Source: Cladosporium halotolerans (Eukaryota). From it: a stretch of 64,000 bases of DNA. The number at the start of each line of letters is the position of its first letter. The first letter of the stretch is position 1. The stretch is from the NCBI RefSeq assembly GCF_011745625.1, contig NW_027191459.1, positions 248,001 to 312,000 on the forward strand, written 5' to 3'. The notes beneath the pieces are model-generated. The model was given only the letters and a program-made list of their open reading frames with translations, was not told the origin of the DNA and ran no database searches. A program made the translations under genes and the position numbers. Shown in pieces: positions 24,008-36,683 of this stretch.

Positions 24008-25771
24008 TTAAGAAAATCCATAGTCGGGCTCGAAGCCTCCGTTGATGAGCACGCCGGCCATCATCCTGCGGGCCATCGGCATAGTCTTCGCCGTGACTTC
24101 CTTGTAGGGTCTGCCCTTAGCGGCCGCGAGGCCGTTGAAGCAGGCGAAGACGCCGCAGTCGCTCATGTTGTTCTGCATCGAGCTCTTGTTGCGCTTGAGC
24201 TCGACCCACTCCTGCGCGTGGTAGTCCTGACCTAGCTCGGCCTTGACGAGCTCGCGCGCGACCTGGAACTGCATCTTGCCGTCGCCGCCCATGGAGTCGA
24301 GGTACTCGATGCTGCAGTCGGTGCCGTTGATGATGAGGAGCGTCCAGTGGGAGCCCATGTTGATCGGCAGAAAGAGGCGCTCGCACCTCAGGAGCTTTGA
24401 GCCTTCGACGCCATTCCGCTTCATCCAGCGGCTGAGACCCGCGACGCCGTCTTTGCCGGCTTTAGACCACCACCCGGTGTTGAGCGCCGCGCAGTTGGGG
24501 ACACTGGAGTTGCTCTTGACGTAGCCTGCCATGCGGTTTTTGGCATCCACGATAGCCAGGTACCACGCGTTGACCGCGTCGTCGTCGAGCCAGCTGTCGG
24601 TACCGTTGTGCGAGGCGAGGATGCGGTTGAAGCTGACAGCCGTAAGTGGGACGGAACCCACCTGAACGATCTGTTTCCGCTCCCCAGCTCCCTCCAAGCT
24701 ACTCTGCAGCTTATCGGAAAGGTCTTCGGAGGGTTCAAAGATGAAGCCATGCAGGCGCTCAGCTTCCAGCTCGGCACGAGCTGATTCCTCTGCGGCGCGG
24801 ATGAGCTTCTGTACTCTCTCGAAGTCAAGGCGCGCTGCTTCTTGCTCAGCATCAATTCGCGCGTCCTCCTCTGCTGCAAGAAGGCGTGCTTCTTCTCTCT
24901 CGGCCTCAATTCGCGCTTCCTCCTCTGCTGCGCGAAGGCGTGCTTTTTCTCTCTCGGCCAGGAGACGCGCCGCTTGTTCCGCAGCTGCTTTCTCGACTAC
25001 GGCCCTCTCTGCGGCCTCTTTCTCGGCTTTCTCTCTCGCGACCTCATCCGCAGCCGCTTTGAGTATCGCCCGCTGTCTGTCACTTTCTGCCCACCTCGCG
25101 CGCGCTTTGGCGACGAGTCCATCGACCTGTTCGTCTCGCTCTCGCTCTCCTCTCTGACGGATGGAAGTGAGCCTTCGCTCGGCCCTGGGTATCTCTTTCG
25201 GTGGGCGCTGACGCGCACGCTCGAGCTCGGTGGTTTCGAAGTATGCTTTGTAGAAGCGTTCGCGTCGGGAGACTGCTTTCTTGTTGTTTCTGTCGAATGA
25301 CGAAAGTTGTTGAGGCGCTTTGTTCGCCGCGGTCGGGGTAGTTACGTGCATGTTGCGCGAAGAGTTTTCAGTAGGCTGAGGTGAAGCGCGGAGGATGGGT
25401 TGAGGGAAGGTCTGGTAAAGGGGATGTGTGGTTTGTTGGTTGGTTGGAGGAGTGATTTCGACAGCGCGACGCTTTCTTCCGCTGTGATCGGTCGAGATGG
25501 CATCAATGTGCGTGGGTTGCACGGCTTCAGGCGCGTGAGGAAAGGTGTTCCTGCAATTGAAAAGGTCGAGAAAGCCGTGGACGACATTGGCGCCGAAGGA
25601 CCAGATGCCGGTGGTAATTGTGGAAAACATGCCGGGAACGCGTCTCGGGGCCTCGAGATGCGGGACATGCGACCGTTGCAGTTCTTCGAGCTCGGCCGCG
25701 CGCTTGAGACCGCGGCGCGCGGTGAGACTGCGAGGAGGTGTGATGATTGTGTAGTTGGTGTCGACCTCCAT
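24008..25771 (-). CDS. Ulp1-family (peptidase C48) SUMO-specific protease
   Basis: WLDDDAVNAWY, PINMGSHWTLL (His), YLDSMG (Asp), QNNMSDCGVF (Gln/Cys) catalytic motifs. Confidence 0.9.
   Translation of the reverse strand: MEVDTNYTIITPPRSLTARRGLKRAAELEELQRSHVPHLEAPRRVPGMFSTITTGIWSFGANVVHGFLDLFNCRNTFPHAPEAVQPTHIDAISTDHSGRKRRAVEITPPTNQQTTHPLYQTFPQPILRASPQPTENSSRNMHVTTPTAANKAPQQLSSFDRNNKKAVSRRERFYKAYFETTELERARQRPPKEIPRAERRLTSIRQRGERERDEQVDGLVAKARARWAESDRQRAILKAAADEVAREKAEKEAAERAVVEKAAAEQAARLLAEREKARLRAAEEEARIEAEREEARLLAAEEDARIDAEQEAARLDFERVQKLIRAAEESARAELEAERLHGFIFEPSEDLSDKLQSSLEGAGERKQIVQVGSVPLTAVSFNRILASHNGTDSWLDDDAVNAWYLAIVDAKNRMAGYVKSNSSVPNCAALNTGWWSKAGKDGVAGLSRWMKRNGVEGSKLLRCERLFLPINMGSHWTLLIINGTDCSIEYLDSMGGDGKMQFQVARELVKAELGQDYHAQEWVELKRNKSSMQNNMSDCGVFACFNGLAAAKGRPYKEVTAKTMPMARRMMAGVLINGGFEPDYGFS
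24852..24959. repeat. Two tandem 54-nt copies within the Ulp1 charged-helix region
   Basis: TCAATTCGCGC..CTCTGCTGC..GAAGGCGTGCT..TCTCTCTCGGCC repeated with period 54. Confidence 0.8.
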
Positions 25772-26431
25772 TATAACATTGTCGCGCGTTGAAAGTTAGT
25801 TTGGTCGTCTGATGCAAGGGTTGTGTCGGTGGATGTAGCTCGGCGTCGGCGAAACAGCAACAAGAAAGCGGCGCAACGCCGCGATCAGAGCAACGAGGGC
25901 CGATCCGCGTCGAACCCCGCCACTACATTCACCACGGCTGCGGGTTGCTGCGAGACGCGGTGACGTAGGCGCGTTCTGTCTCAAGGGACAACAGCGTATT
26001 TAAGGGTAGTTTATAGAAACGTCGTAGCATACTCAGAATCGTTCTATAGGGACACGTGCGACTAATATATCGCTTAGCGGTGCGACAAAGCATGCAAGCA
26101 GGAGAGCAGCAGGTCGCAGATCCGTGCGTCCCTAGCGCATTCCGTGCCTGTCACATGGCACAATGAACTCGACAAGCAATCCAAGGCATCCTCCAAATGC
26201 GGCTCTCTCAGGTACAAGCCTCTTGTTCGCCGCATTGAGCATCGCACCTCTCTCTCTAACCCCTCGCTCTCTTTGTCTGTCACTGAAGATGTGACATTTG
26301 GCCTATGGTCAACGCGCCACGACTTGAAACAACGGACATATAACTGCCCCTGTCGCAACCCTTGCAGCGGCACCGCACGCGCCCACGTGTCGCATCGCAG
26401 CGCTACCTGATCGTACGCCGCAATTGCAGCT

Positions 26432-27820
26432 ATGCCGTTCTTCAAGCGCCTCTCAGACTCTTTCTGGTCCTACCTCTCTCCGCGCAAGCCATCCGCGAAC
26501 GAGCCGGCAACACCACGCACTGCGCCGCCGGTCACGAAGAAGCGCGCGCGCCCTGCTAGCAGTCGCTCGCTCAAGCAGCTCAAGCGTTGGTCCAGAAGCA
26601 TGAGTCCGAACTCTCGCGTCGACAGTTGGCGGGCTACGGGGTCGCCCAGTCCAGGTGGGAGGAGGCGGGCTAGTATGACGCCGGAGCCGAACAATGGCGA
26701 CACTGGCAGGCGCAAGATGCGCAAGTTGTACGATGGGAGGGGGCTGAGGGACGTGAGGGACGAAGAGGAGGACGATGAGGAGGACGAGGAGGAAGAGGTG
26801 GACGACGACAGTAGCTCAATCGACGACGAGGAAATGAGAGACGACGACGGATTGTCAAGCATGTTATCCCACGTTCGTGTCGAGGGCACGCCTAAGCCAG
26901 AGGACTTCCAAATCGAATACGAATCGGAAGTGAATGTAGACAATACCGAAGTCCTTGACGATGGCGACTACCACGCGACGCCGCAACGTCGCAAGATCGT
27001 CTCCCTGCCGGAAGAGCAAGAAGCTTTCGGTGTCAGCTCGGATGAACTGCGCGCTGCTGGATGGGACGACGACTACATCACTCTGTTCCAACATATCAAA
27101 ATGCGCGGCCACGAACCGCTCATGCCTCAGCGCTGGCGCTTTAGCTTGCGCTCCATGCCCATCGCCCTTTTTGCAGATTCGGACGATGCGTTTATCAGCA
27201 GCATTCGCAACGACCACTTTCGCGCCGAAAAGGCGCTTGAGAAACTCTTCGAACTCGGCGGACAAGTCAGAGACAGCATCGCGGTTAGATCGCGTCTCGG
27301 TCCGGAAGTGCAGGTCCGCCGGAGCGTAGACGCCTACCTCAAATGGGCGACTCTCGACGCAGAACTTGATGACCATTCAGCCATCCCTCTGCTAGCCGTG
27401 GAAACCAAACCCGCCGACACGCCTGCCTCGGAATTACACGAGAACATCAACCGTAAGCTCGCGCGCCTCGCAACCCGCTACCGCAATGCCTTCCGCGTCT
27501 TGCAGTCGACCGAGACCTCTCCAGCCTCGCGTGCCAGCACTCAGTATTCATATCCGGTGCCAACGCTTTATGGAATCGTCGCCTCGCACGCCTTGATCGC
27601 AATCATGGCATACAGGCCCGACGACCCTACTCCAGATGCGAAACCGATCGCGTTCTTCGACATGAACGACTCCAATTACGACGTGTGGAATTCGCTCGCG
27701 CTGTCCATCCTCATGTGTCACGTGCGCGATGTGCAGGTCAGGATTGCGGAGGAGACGGGGTTGGGACTAAAGGTTGCGGGCAGGAAGAGCAGAGGAGTCA
27801 GTGAGGACCCTGACTTGTGA
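26432..27820 (+). CDS. Fungal hypothetical protein (basic and acidic disordered N-terminus, globular C-terminus)
   Basis: 462-aa ORF with coding bias; possible NLS-like KKRAR and RRKMRK; acidic tract. Confidence 0.8.
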   Translation: MPFFKRLSDSFWSYLSPRKPSANEPATPRTAPPVTKKRARPASSRSLKQLKRWSRSMSPNSRVDSWRATGSPSPGGRRRASMTPEPNNGDTGRRKMRKLYDGRGLRDVRDEEEDDEEDEEEEVDDDSSSIDDEEMRDDDGLSSMLSHVRVEGTPKPEDFQIEYESEVNVDNTEVLDDGDYHATPQRRKIVSLPEEQEAFGVSSDELRAAGWDDDYITLFQHIKMRGHEPLMPQRWRFSLRSMPIALFADSDDAFISSIRNDHFRAEKALEKLFELGGQVRDSIAVRSRLGPEVQVRRSVDAYLKWATLDAELDDHSAIPLLAVETKPADTPASELHENINRKLARLATRYRNAFRVLQSTETSPASRASTQYSYPVPTLYGIVASHALIAIMAYRPDDPTPDAKPIAFFDMNDSNYDVWNSLALSILMCHVRDVQVRIAEETGLGLKVAGRKSRGVSEDPDL

Positions 27821-29155
27821 GAATGGCGTGTACGCATACCGTAGCGCGGGAGCATCGTTTGCGTCTGCTCTTTTTCCTTTGTTGCTTCATCGTTGCTATA
27901 TACCCCCAGGAGGATTCTGAGACAGCCAGAGATGCTGTTGCTTGATAAGGCTTGAGACATGCATAAGGTACCTTTTTCCAATGAATCATGCGTCAACAAT
28001 CCAAGAGCCGCCCAAACCCACAGCCAAACGCAAGCATTGATTGCGAGACCAGCGAGCTGACAGGGCTGACTAACAATGCCATCGAGCACGAAGCAAACAC
28101 AGCGATCTGCATAGCGCAGCGCTCTCAAACGCAATCACATGTGAGGGGCCCTTAGACAGCCAGCTGAGCCTCATAAACTTCGACGAACGTCTGACGCTCG
28201 GCGCGCATTCGGAATGTTCACACGGCAAGTCACCAAAAGACCCTGCCTGGACCGAAGTACATCTCGGAGCCGAGCCCTCGCGGATTCGGCAAGTCGGGCG
28301 GCTGCGCGGTAGTGGTGGGTGGTTGCGGATGGTGGATGTCATGACTTCGCCTAACACAGCGCCACCTGCATAACTGCCAGGCTCGCGGTGTTCGTTCCGC
28401 TATTGTCGTATAGAGTGCCTCGCTCTCGCGCTCACGCCAAACGAGCCGGCTAGTAGAGGCGAGCAGAGTAGACGGAACCGCCGCCGCAGATGTGAGGAAC
28501 GGGACTCAGCCCTGTCAGCCCGCATCCCGCGGGTGCCCAATCGCTCTTCGGCCTACGAAATGCGGCGGTTGGATGTGGAGTGGGACGATCGTGGCTATTA
28601 GAGGCAGCCAGCACGCTGGATGTAAGGTGTCCCAACGTCCTCCGGTGACATTGCATGTGATCAGCCGAATGAAAACTTGTTTCGCCAGTGTTTGCTCCCA
28701 TCGATCGCCTCCTATCTGCACCGTAAACAGACAGAGCAGCGGAGGTCCGCGCTCGGGCGTTTGCTCAATTCAACGTACGAGCAAAGGAGGGTCTCGGAGA
28801 TCAAGACAGCCGTGCCGCTCGCCTTTACCGTCTACGCTTGCACTGCTCGCCCCGCCACGGATCGACGAGGGTGCACAACAACTTTCTGGTCCGTCCTGAT
28901 CGCATACACCCTCGAAACCGCTCGCCGGACACGTGGTCACTTTCACCCAGGACCCGTCGTTCAATACACCTTTACATCTGCTCACGTTAGACGCTGCAGA
29001 CACTTCGTTTGCGCTGTCTCAGCCACGGCGTGACCTGCAGCCAGGCCCACCATAAGCCGCCGCTTCGGAGACGCCAGATTTCGGCATATATCGCAGTCAT
29101 AGCCACGCACTCTCGACACGACTCAACGCACCGGCCTTAGAGCCACACAGACACC

Positions 29156-31304
29156 ATGGCGCAACTGGACACTCTGGACATTGTTGTCCTGACCGCCCTG
29201 CTCATTGGCACAATCGCCTACTTCACCAAAGGTACCTACTGGGCGGTCCAGAAGGACCCCTACGCATCATCGTTCGCAAATGGCGCCGCAAGCAAGGCCG
29301 GCAAGAGCCGCAACATTCTCGAGAAGATGGACGAGACGGGCAAGAACTGCGTGGTCTTCTACGGCTCGCAGACCGGTACCGCGGAGGACTACGCCGCGCG
29401 TTTGGCTAAGGAGGGCTCGTCCAGATTCGGACTGAAGACCATGACCGCCGATTTGGAAGACTACGACTACGAGAACCTGGACCAGTTCCCCGAGGATAAG
29501 GTTGCCATGTTCGTCATGGCCACGTACGGCGAGGGCGAGCCCACGGACAACGCGGTGGAATTCTACGAGTTCATCAGCAGCGAGGAGGTCTCGTTCAGCG
29601 AGAAGGGCGGCGCTGAGGAGAAGGCGCTCGAGAGCCTGCAGTACGTCGCTTTTGGCCTGGGCAACAACACATACGAACACTACAACTCTATGGTCCGCAA
29701 CCTGGTTAAGTTCCTTGACCGCCTGGGAGCCAAGCGCGTCGGTGAGGCCGGCGAGGGCGACGATGGTGCTGGCACAATGGAGGAGGACTTCCTGGCCTGG
29801 AAGGAGCCTATGTGGGCCGCCCTTTCCAGCGCCATGAACTTGGAAGAGCGCGAGGCGGTATACGAGCCCGTTTTCGAGGTCACAGAGAAGCCTGATATGG
29901 ACGCTGAGGACGACACTGTCTACCTGGGCGAGCCGAACAAGAACCACCTCGAAGGCTCCGCTAAGGGCCCTTTCAACGCGCACAATCCCTACATCGCACC
30001 GATCGCTGAGTCGAAGGAACTTTTCAATGACCCCGCCCGTAACTGCCTGCACATGGAATTTGACATCTCTGGCTCTAACCTGTCTTACACCACCGGTGAT
30101 CACATTGCTATCTGGCCTACGAACGCTGGCAAGGAGGTCGACAGATTCCTCAAGGTTCTTGGTCTTCAGGGTAAGAGGCACTCGGTTATTGCTGTCAAGG
30201 GTCTCGATGCTACCGCTAAGGTCCCCTTCCCTTCGCCCACGACATACGATGCTGTTGTCCGCTACCACATGGAAATTTGCGCTCCGCTCTCCCGTCAGTT
30301 CGTCGGATCTCTCGCTCAATTCTCTCCCACCGACTCTATCAAGGCTGAGCTCCAGAAGATTGGCGGTGACAAGGACTACTTCCACGACAAGGTTGCCAAG
30401 AAGAACTACAACATCGCGCAATTCCTCGAGGCTTACGGCGAGGGCAAGTCCTGGGACAACATTCCTTTCTCCATTTTCATCGAAGGCCTGCACAAGATTC
30501 AGCCCCGCTACTACTCCATCTCTTCCTCCTCTCTCGTTCAGCCCAAGAAGATCTCCATCACCGCCGTCGTCGAGTCCGTCGAAGTCCCTGGCGCGCCTCA
30601 CGTGGTCAAGGGTGTCACGACCAACTACCTCCTCGCTCTGAAGCAGAAGCAGCACGGCGAGCCTCACCCGGATCCTCACGGTCTCGACTACGCCATCACT
30701 GGTCCCCGCAACAAGTACGACGGCATCCACGTGCCCGTCCACGTCCGCCACTCCAACTTCAAGCTTCCCTCCGACCCCACAAAGCCCGTCATCATGGTCG
30801 GCCCCGGCACCGGTGTCGCGCCGTTCAGAGGCTTCATCCAGGAGCGCGCCCAGATGGCCCGCAACGGCGAGAACGTCGGCAAGACCATCCTGTTCTTCGG
30901 CTGCCGGAAGCAAGACGAGGACTTCCTCTACGAGAAAGAGTGGGAGGTACGCTCACAATCCCCTCCTATGCTTCATTCCAAGACACCCACTGACCCAACC
31001 CCTCCAGGAATACAAGTCCGCCCTCGGCGACTCACTCGAGGTCGTCACGGCCTTCTCGCGCGCGGGCCCGCAGAAAGTGTACGTGCAGCACCGGCTGCGC
31101 GAGCGCGCGGCCGAGGTCAACGCGCTGCTGGAGCAGAAGGCCTACTTCTACGTCTGCGGCGACGCGGCCAACATGGCCCGCGAGGTCAACGAGATCCTCG
31201 GCCAGATCATCGCCGAGCACCGCGGCGTCGACCGCAAGAAGGGCGAGGAGGTCGTCAAGAGCATGAGGAGCGCGAACCAGTATCAGGAGGATGTTTGGTC
31301 TTGA
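29156..31304 (+). CDS. cprA: NADPH-cytochrome P450 reductase; exons 29156-30946, 31008-31304
   Basis: N-terminal TM anchor, FMN motifs YGSQTGTAE and ATYGEGEPTDNA, FAD motif RYYSISSS, GPGTGVAPF, C-terminal YQEDVWS. Confidence 0.97.
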
Positions 31305-33498
31305 GGGAGTGGGCTTTTTTCCTTCTTCGACAAAGATGATGAAGTAGGTTTGGTGTTTTTCCGAAAGAGACTATTTTGTGCGGGCGTCGTGGTGGGGTGT
31401 GGGATACATCGACGACATTTAGCTTTTGTTCGTTTTCTCTTTTCAATTGTTTTGTTCCCCTTCGCAAGCACCTTGAGGACTTTGAAGACTTTTGTCGGAT
31501 TTGCCTTGCGAAGACGATGTTTGTTCACGAGCCTTTACGATGTACAGGCGCCCTTCATAGATTGTTCATAAAACGAATTCAAAAAACGAAAAGCTATTTG
31601 ACAAAGAGACTTCCCAGAAGGCTGACAGGACGCAATTCTGGTCTGTCAAAGACGACTGCCAACTCCAAGGCGGCTTCTCACCTCAGCCCTACAGTTCCGT
31701 CTCCTCTCTCCCTCTCCTCATGGTTTCTTCGTCCACTTCTCGCCCAGCCCTCACTCCCCAAAAGCCTTGAACATCGCCCGCACAATCACTCTACAACCAA
31801 CACCTCCCAAGCCGCCGAGCATGTCCGCTGCGCGTACCGAGCGTTTCACATGCTGCGCCTATCCGCGCGGGTTCCGCCTGTGCTTGGCTCGGCGGGTGCT
31901 ATCGCTCCTGCCTTCCTGGGTGCTGGGTGCGTTGTGGGAGGGAGCTGAGAGGTTGTTTATTTCACGTGCGTATGGTGGGGTTGGGGCAGGAAGGATGTGG
32001 TTTGGATGAGGTTGGGGAGGGGCTGCTATATGCTTTACTCGCTTGCTTTGGATTTATCTTAGTATATGAGGACGGGCATTTTAGCTGAGGCAAGAGGATT
32101 CGGGATTCGGGTTGGGAGGCGTTGAACGACGCGAACGGCACGAAGAACACGGCCTCGCACGCGTTTGCCTGGCAACGAACGGGACGCGCCTTGCACGCAA
32201 TCATTGTTTTCCGCGCCGCGTAGCACACACTCATCAAGCGGCACCGCGGGAGGACGCAGAGACAGGCCCCGCGGTCATGGGACGGAAAGGGTGGGACTCG
32301 GCAGCGTATGCGAGGCGCCCGTTTGACTCCCGCGCCCCGAGAACCGGGGACTGCGGGAAGGGTGGGCGATGTTTGCAGCCGTTCGGCGGCGGTGTGTGAG
32401 AGACAGAGAGATACAGGTGCTCTGGCGCTGCGAGACATGGGCGGGGGGATGAGGTGGGAGGGTTGTCTCAAGCCTTGTGGCGAAGCTTGTGACGAGGGAG
32501 GCACTCGAGAAAACCTCATATCGCCACTTTCGGCACGTTTGGCTGGACGAGAGCTGTCACGATGCCCGTTGCCGGGGTTTTTTTGCTTTTGCCTCAAATG
32601 ACGCCGGCTGCGGTTGAGGTTGGTGGCTGGACGGGCGGTCGCTTGCAGCGATCTGCACGTCTGTTTTCCAGAAGGCTACGCGGGGCCTGAAAGAGGACCT
32701 GACAGGCACCGTCGGTACCACTGCGTTTGGGAGGCATATGCCGGATGATCGCTGCCGGTCGCGCGGTTGCAAGGGAGATGAGGTCGCCGGGGCCTGGCGA
32801 CAGCGCATCCGTGCAGATTGTTTGGGCTGGGGATGCTTGTGAGGGGCAACAATCTTCAATCTGAAAGAGTAGCGACGAGCGGGGAGAATGGGGGAATGCG
32901 AGCCGTCACGTTTGGCATCCGAGTGCGTGCTTTCACGCGAGCGAGGCGAGCACGGCGGTGTTCAATGCGTACAGGCCGCCATCAAGAGCACATGTCGCTA
33001 ATCGATTCCCTGAAATCACCAGACGCAAGATATCACCTGATTTGCTTAGACGCGTGAGATCGCGTTGAACCCGGCCAGGTCTGTACGCACCTCCTGACCG
33101 GGTTGAAAGGGTTGAAGAGATGCTGGCTCTCCCTGCCCTGGGATTCGTCTGCAGGTACAAAAAGGTGGCGCCTTGGGTTTTCGAAGAGTTGATTGTCTGC
33201 AGGCCGGTTCAAAGGTACGGCGGCGGCAGGCGGCGCACCCTTGCTCTAAATATGTCTTGACTCCTCAGACCTGCACCGCGACGTCTTGGGGCAGTCAAGC
33301 GAGCTGACATCTGCTGCTTGCAGGGCTGGCGCAGCGGCGAACATCCCTCCTAAATGATAGCTCACATTCATGACGCTGCCGTGGCGAAGTCCATCGACCT
33401 GGTGAGCAGCGGCCAGAGTCGGATTCCCTCACTTGGTACGTGTGCTCGCATGCTTTGCCTTTCGGCACCGGGACTCTGTTCCCTTTCAAAGCAGAAGA

Positions 33499-33508
33499 NN
33501 NNNNNNNN
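33499..33508. other. Assembly gap (10 N)
   Basis: Run of n characters. Confidence 1.
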
Positions 33509-34746
33509 GGCGTTTGTGGCGGGTTGCGCCTGTGACACATACACGGGAGGTTTGCATAACCATTGGGCTGCACCATCAACAAAGGACGGCAGGGCTTGCA
33601 TGGGGCCATATGACAATCGTCTGTGGAGCCATACAATGCATGACACCCAGGGGTGGGTGCCATCGAGCGCGAAGGAAGACAAAACCCGCTGTTTCGCCTG
33701 CCTCCCGTCTGATAGAGACGACATTTACCACGTTACCATCCCTTACCAAACGTACGCTCCTGTCGTTCTCGTTGTGCATAGCTGCTGTATCCTTCCACCA
33801 CGGCATCGCTATTGCTTTCCCCGATCCGCCACATACTGAACGGTCAGGCAGCCTTGCCTTGCCACGTCCGTCGCCATCCACATCGATCTTACCTTACCTA
33901 CTTACCCGAGTCGTATGCAAGAAGACCAGATCTGGAAACAGTCCTCATCGCTCGAAGAAAGGTGCGTTCGGTATGCGTCGATCGTGCTTCCATCACAAAC
34001 ACGGCAGCAAGCAAGCCAGCCGGCTTCAGTTGCAGTGGTTCTTTCCCTCGATGACCACAAGGACTCGGCCCGGCGAGCAGACGCCTTCCATCTGCCATCC
34101 AGCACCCAGTCCGCCTTTTCTTCTCACCTCGTGTCTCTTCCTTCAACCTCACCATCCCTCCTCCCAACCATACCATCAACCCACACCACAGCACCATCTG
34201 CCTTCTTCATTCCGTTGCATTGACCGTCGACTCACTCATTAGCATTCAGTCCTCGCGCTTCGCCCGTCTTGTCACTCCTTCTCACTGTCATCACCAGCTC
34301 TCAGCCTCGCTGCCCTCTACGCTTCGGTCCGCACCTCTGAGCACTGCTCATCCCTCACTCTTCACGTGAGTTCCTGACATTCCACACCACGCCGGATCAA
34401 CGATTGTCACAGACACGTCGACCACACCACTGCCACGGACTTTGAGCAACGTATTCGTGATCTTTGCTGACATTGCGGTGCAGACACGTTTAGACGTTAC
34501 ATCGGCCCACGATCTCGATCAATCCCTCCACGGCAGCCTACAGCAACCGTAAGTGCTTTTACTCCTACGTTTCCCGCCGTCGTCGAATCCACCTCTGTCC
34601 TCCACCCGCTCGATGCCTTTAGGAACAAACAGACGAGAGTCCTTTTGCAAGTCCTCGACACGCAGTCGAGGTAGCGGACTCCATGCCAAATACTCCTCAT
34701 TGTTACACATCTCACCTGAGCGGTTTACTGACGATACACGCTGTAG

Positions 34747-36683
34747 ATGGCGACCATGGCCGATCACACCAATCAGCGTCAGTCTGGCTACAACCGTCCG
34801 AACACCGGCTATGGCAACCCCAATGCCGTGTACGGCAACCAGTACGGCGGACGCGCTCAGGGCGGCGGAGCATACGGCATGCACCACAATCCGACCGACA
34901 TGGCTGTCCTTGCTCACAGCTTCCAAGGCATGAACCTCGCCGGCCAACCCTTCGCTGCGCATAACAAGAACGCCATGATGCCTGCCAATGGCACCCAGTT
35001 CAGCGGTATGCCAGTGCCAACCACCATGGCTTCCGGCATGTACGGAGGCGGAGCACAGTACGTTTACCCGAACGGCTACGGATCCGCTGCCACAGGCCAG
35101 TCTCCGGGCATGTACACACCGCATGCTTCTCAGTACGTTCAGCCGCTCAACTACCAGGGCTACCAGCAGCAGGACAACAGCCCGCTGTCTCAGAACTGGA
35201 CTCCAACGACTGCTGGCGCAACTGGCGAAGTTCCAACGCTCATCACTCCTCGTCGCGATTCTGTTTCATCCAACGAGAACGATCAGCCCGTCACGCCGTC
35301 GTACGCCGGGTACGCCAGCTTCGTCCACGGCAATGTCGCGATCAACCGATCTCCGAGCGGAGTCTTCAGCCATGGCACCCCATCGCCGACTTCCATGGTC
35401 GGCCCATACGGCATGACGGCTCCCAAGCAGCCGGAGCAGCCCGACATCTCGCCGCGCCTCAAGCTTCTCATGACGAAAGAGCCTCCTATCCCGCGCGCCA
35501 TTCCTGCCCCATCATCTCCCCTCAAGCCACTGGATCGTGCTTTGGAGAACCAGCGTGGTGAGACGAACGTGTACATCCGCGGTCTGCTGCCGGAGACGAC
35601 CGATGAGATGCTTGACTCCTGGGGATCTCGCTTTGGAGACATCAAGAGCTCGAAGTCCATCATCGACCTCAACACGGGACTGTGCAAAGGGTAAGTTGAC
35701 GCCTTGTTTCACTTTGTCCTCGCAAGGAGCACTGCTGACCCAATTCCAGGTTTGGTTTTGTCAAGTACCACAACTACGAAGACGCGGAGAACTGCATTCG
35801 TGGCTTCCACTTCCTCGGCTACGAAGTCAGCTTTGCCAGGGTGAGTGCCTCCGTCTACCTTGCTGTCGCCGATTGCTCACATTGACAATCCTGCAGGAAT
35901 CCTTCTACTCTAAGCTCAAGACTTTCGCGGACGAGCAGAACACCAACCTCTACGTCTCCAACCTTCCCAAGAGCATGAATGAGCATGAGCTGGGCAACCT
36001 CTTCGCTCCGCACAAAGTCTGCTCTGCTCGCATCCTCCGTGACAGGAACGGCAATGGCCGTGGAGTTGGCTTTGCACGGTGAGTCCGCACTTGTAACTCC
36101 ACACGCTTGCCTTACTGACCTTCTCGTCTGTAGGTTTGAAAACCGCGACGCATGCGAAGAGGTCATCAGGACCTTCAACAACCACACGATCAAGACTGCG
36201 ACCGAAGAGCTTCAAGTGCAGATTCGCTACGCCGACACCCAAGAGCAGAAGACTCTCAAACAGCAGACCCAAGCTGCTCGCCAGTTCCGCTCGGCGGAAT
36301 ACGAGTATGCCACTCAAGCCTGGCGCCAGGGCAGACTTCCTCAGGCCGGCACCACCCTCAATGATACCGTCGCTCCGAAGAACGGCAACGAGTTTGAGCA
36401 GTATCTCGGCACCAACCCTATTGTCCCGATTCAGAACCAGCGCTGGGCCCAGTCAGCCATCCGCCATGCTCCCGGTCGCAGCCCGCTTGGAGCCCTGCCT
36501 TACACTAACACTGCTACTGCTTCTCAAACGCCCGTCCCTCAAGCCAGTAGCTCTTCCATCAAGGACACCACTGCAGCCTCTGCTGACGATACCGCCGCCG
36601 ATGCGAAGCCGTTGTCGACCTCGCCCGCCACGGCGAGCGCGAACAGTCCTGTTGCCTCTGCCGCAACCCCGGAGCAGGAGTGA
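34747..36683 (+). CDS. Two-RRM RNA-binding protein of the Spo5/RBMS(MSSP) type; exons 34747-35690, 35750-35840, 35897-36078, 36134-36683; 5' UTR introns 34366-34483 and 34549-34746
   Basis: [48 protein letters not shown]; low-complexity N-terminus. Confidence 0.88.

Noticed and set aside
28135..28935. E-box-like palindromes (TCACATGTGA 28135-28144, CACGTG 28930-28935) upstream of cprA as SREBP sites
   Set aside because: Short motifs expected by chance; cannot be supported without conservation data
29267..30913. Long antisense ORFs (here and at 6818-7825, 42298-43617, 5529-6437)
   Set aside because: Shadow frames of strongly codon-biased real genes on the opposite strand
30947..31339. Apparent frameshifted or aberrant C-terminus of P450 reductase (likewise NUF2, GT8, POL32 and the PNPO-like gene)
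   Set aside because: Explained by canonical introns that restore the expected C-termini
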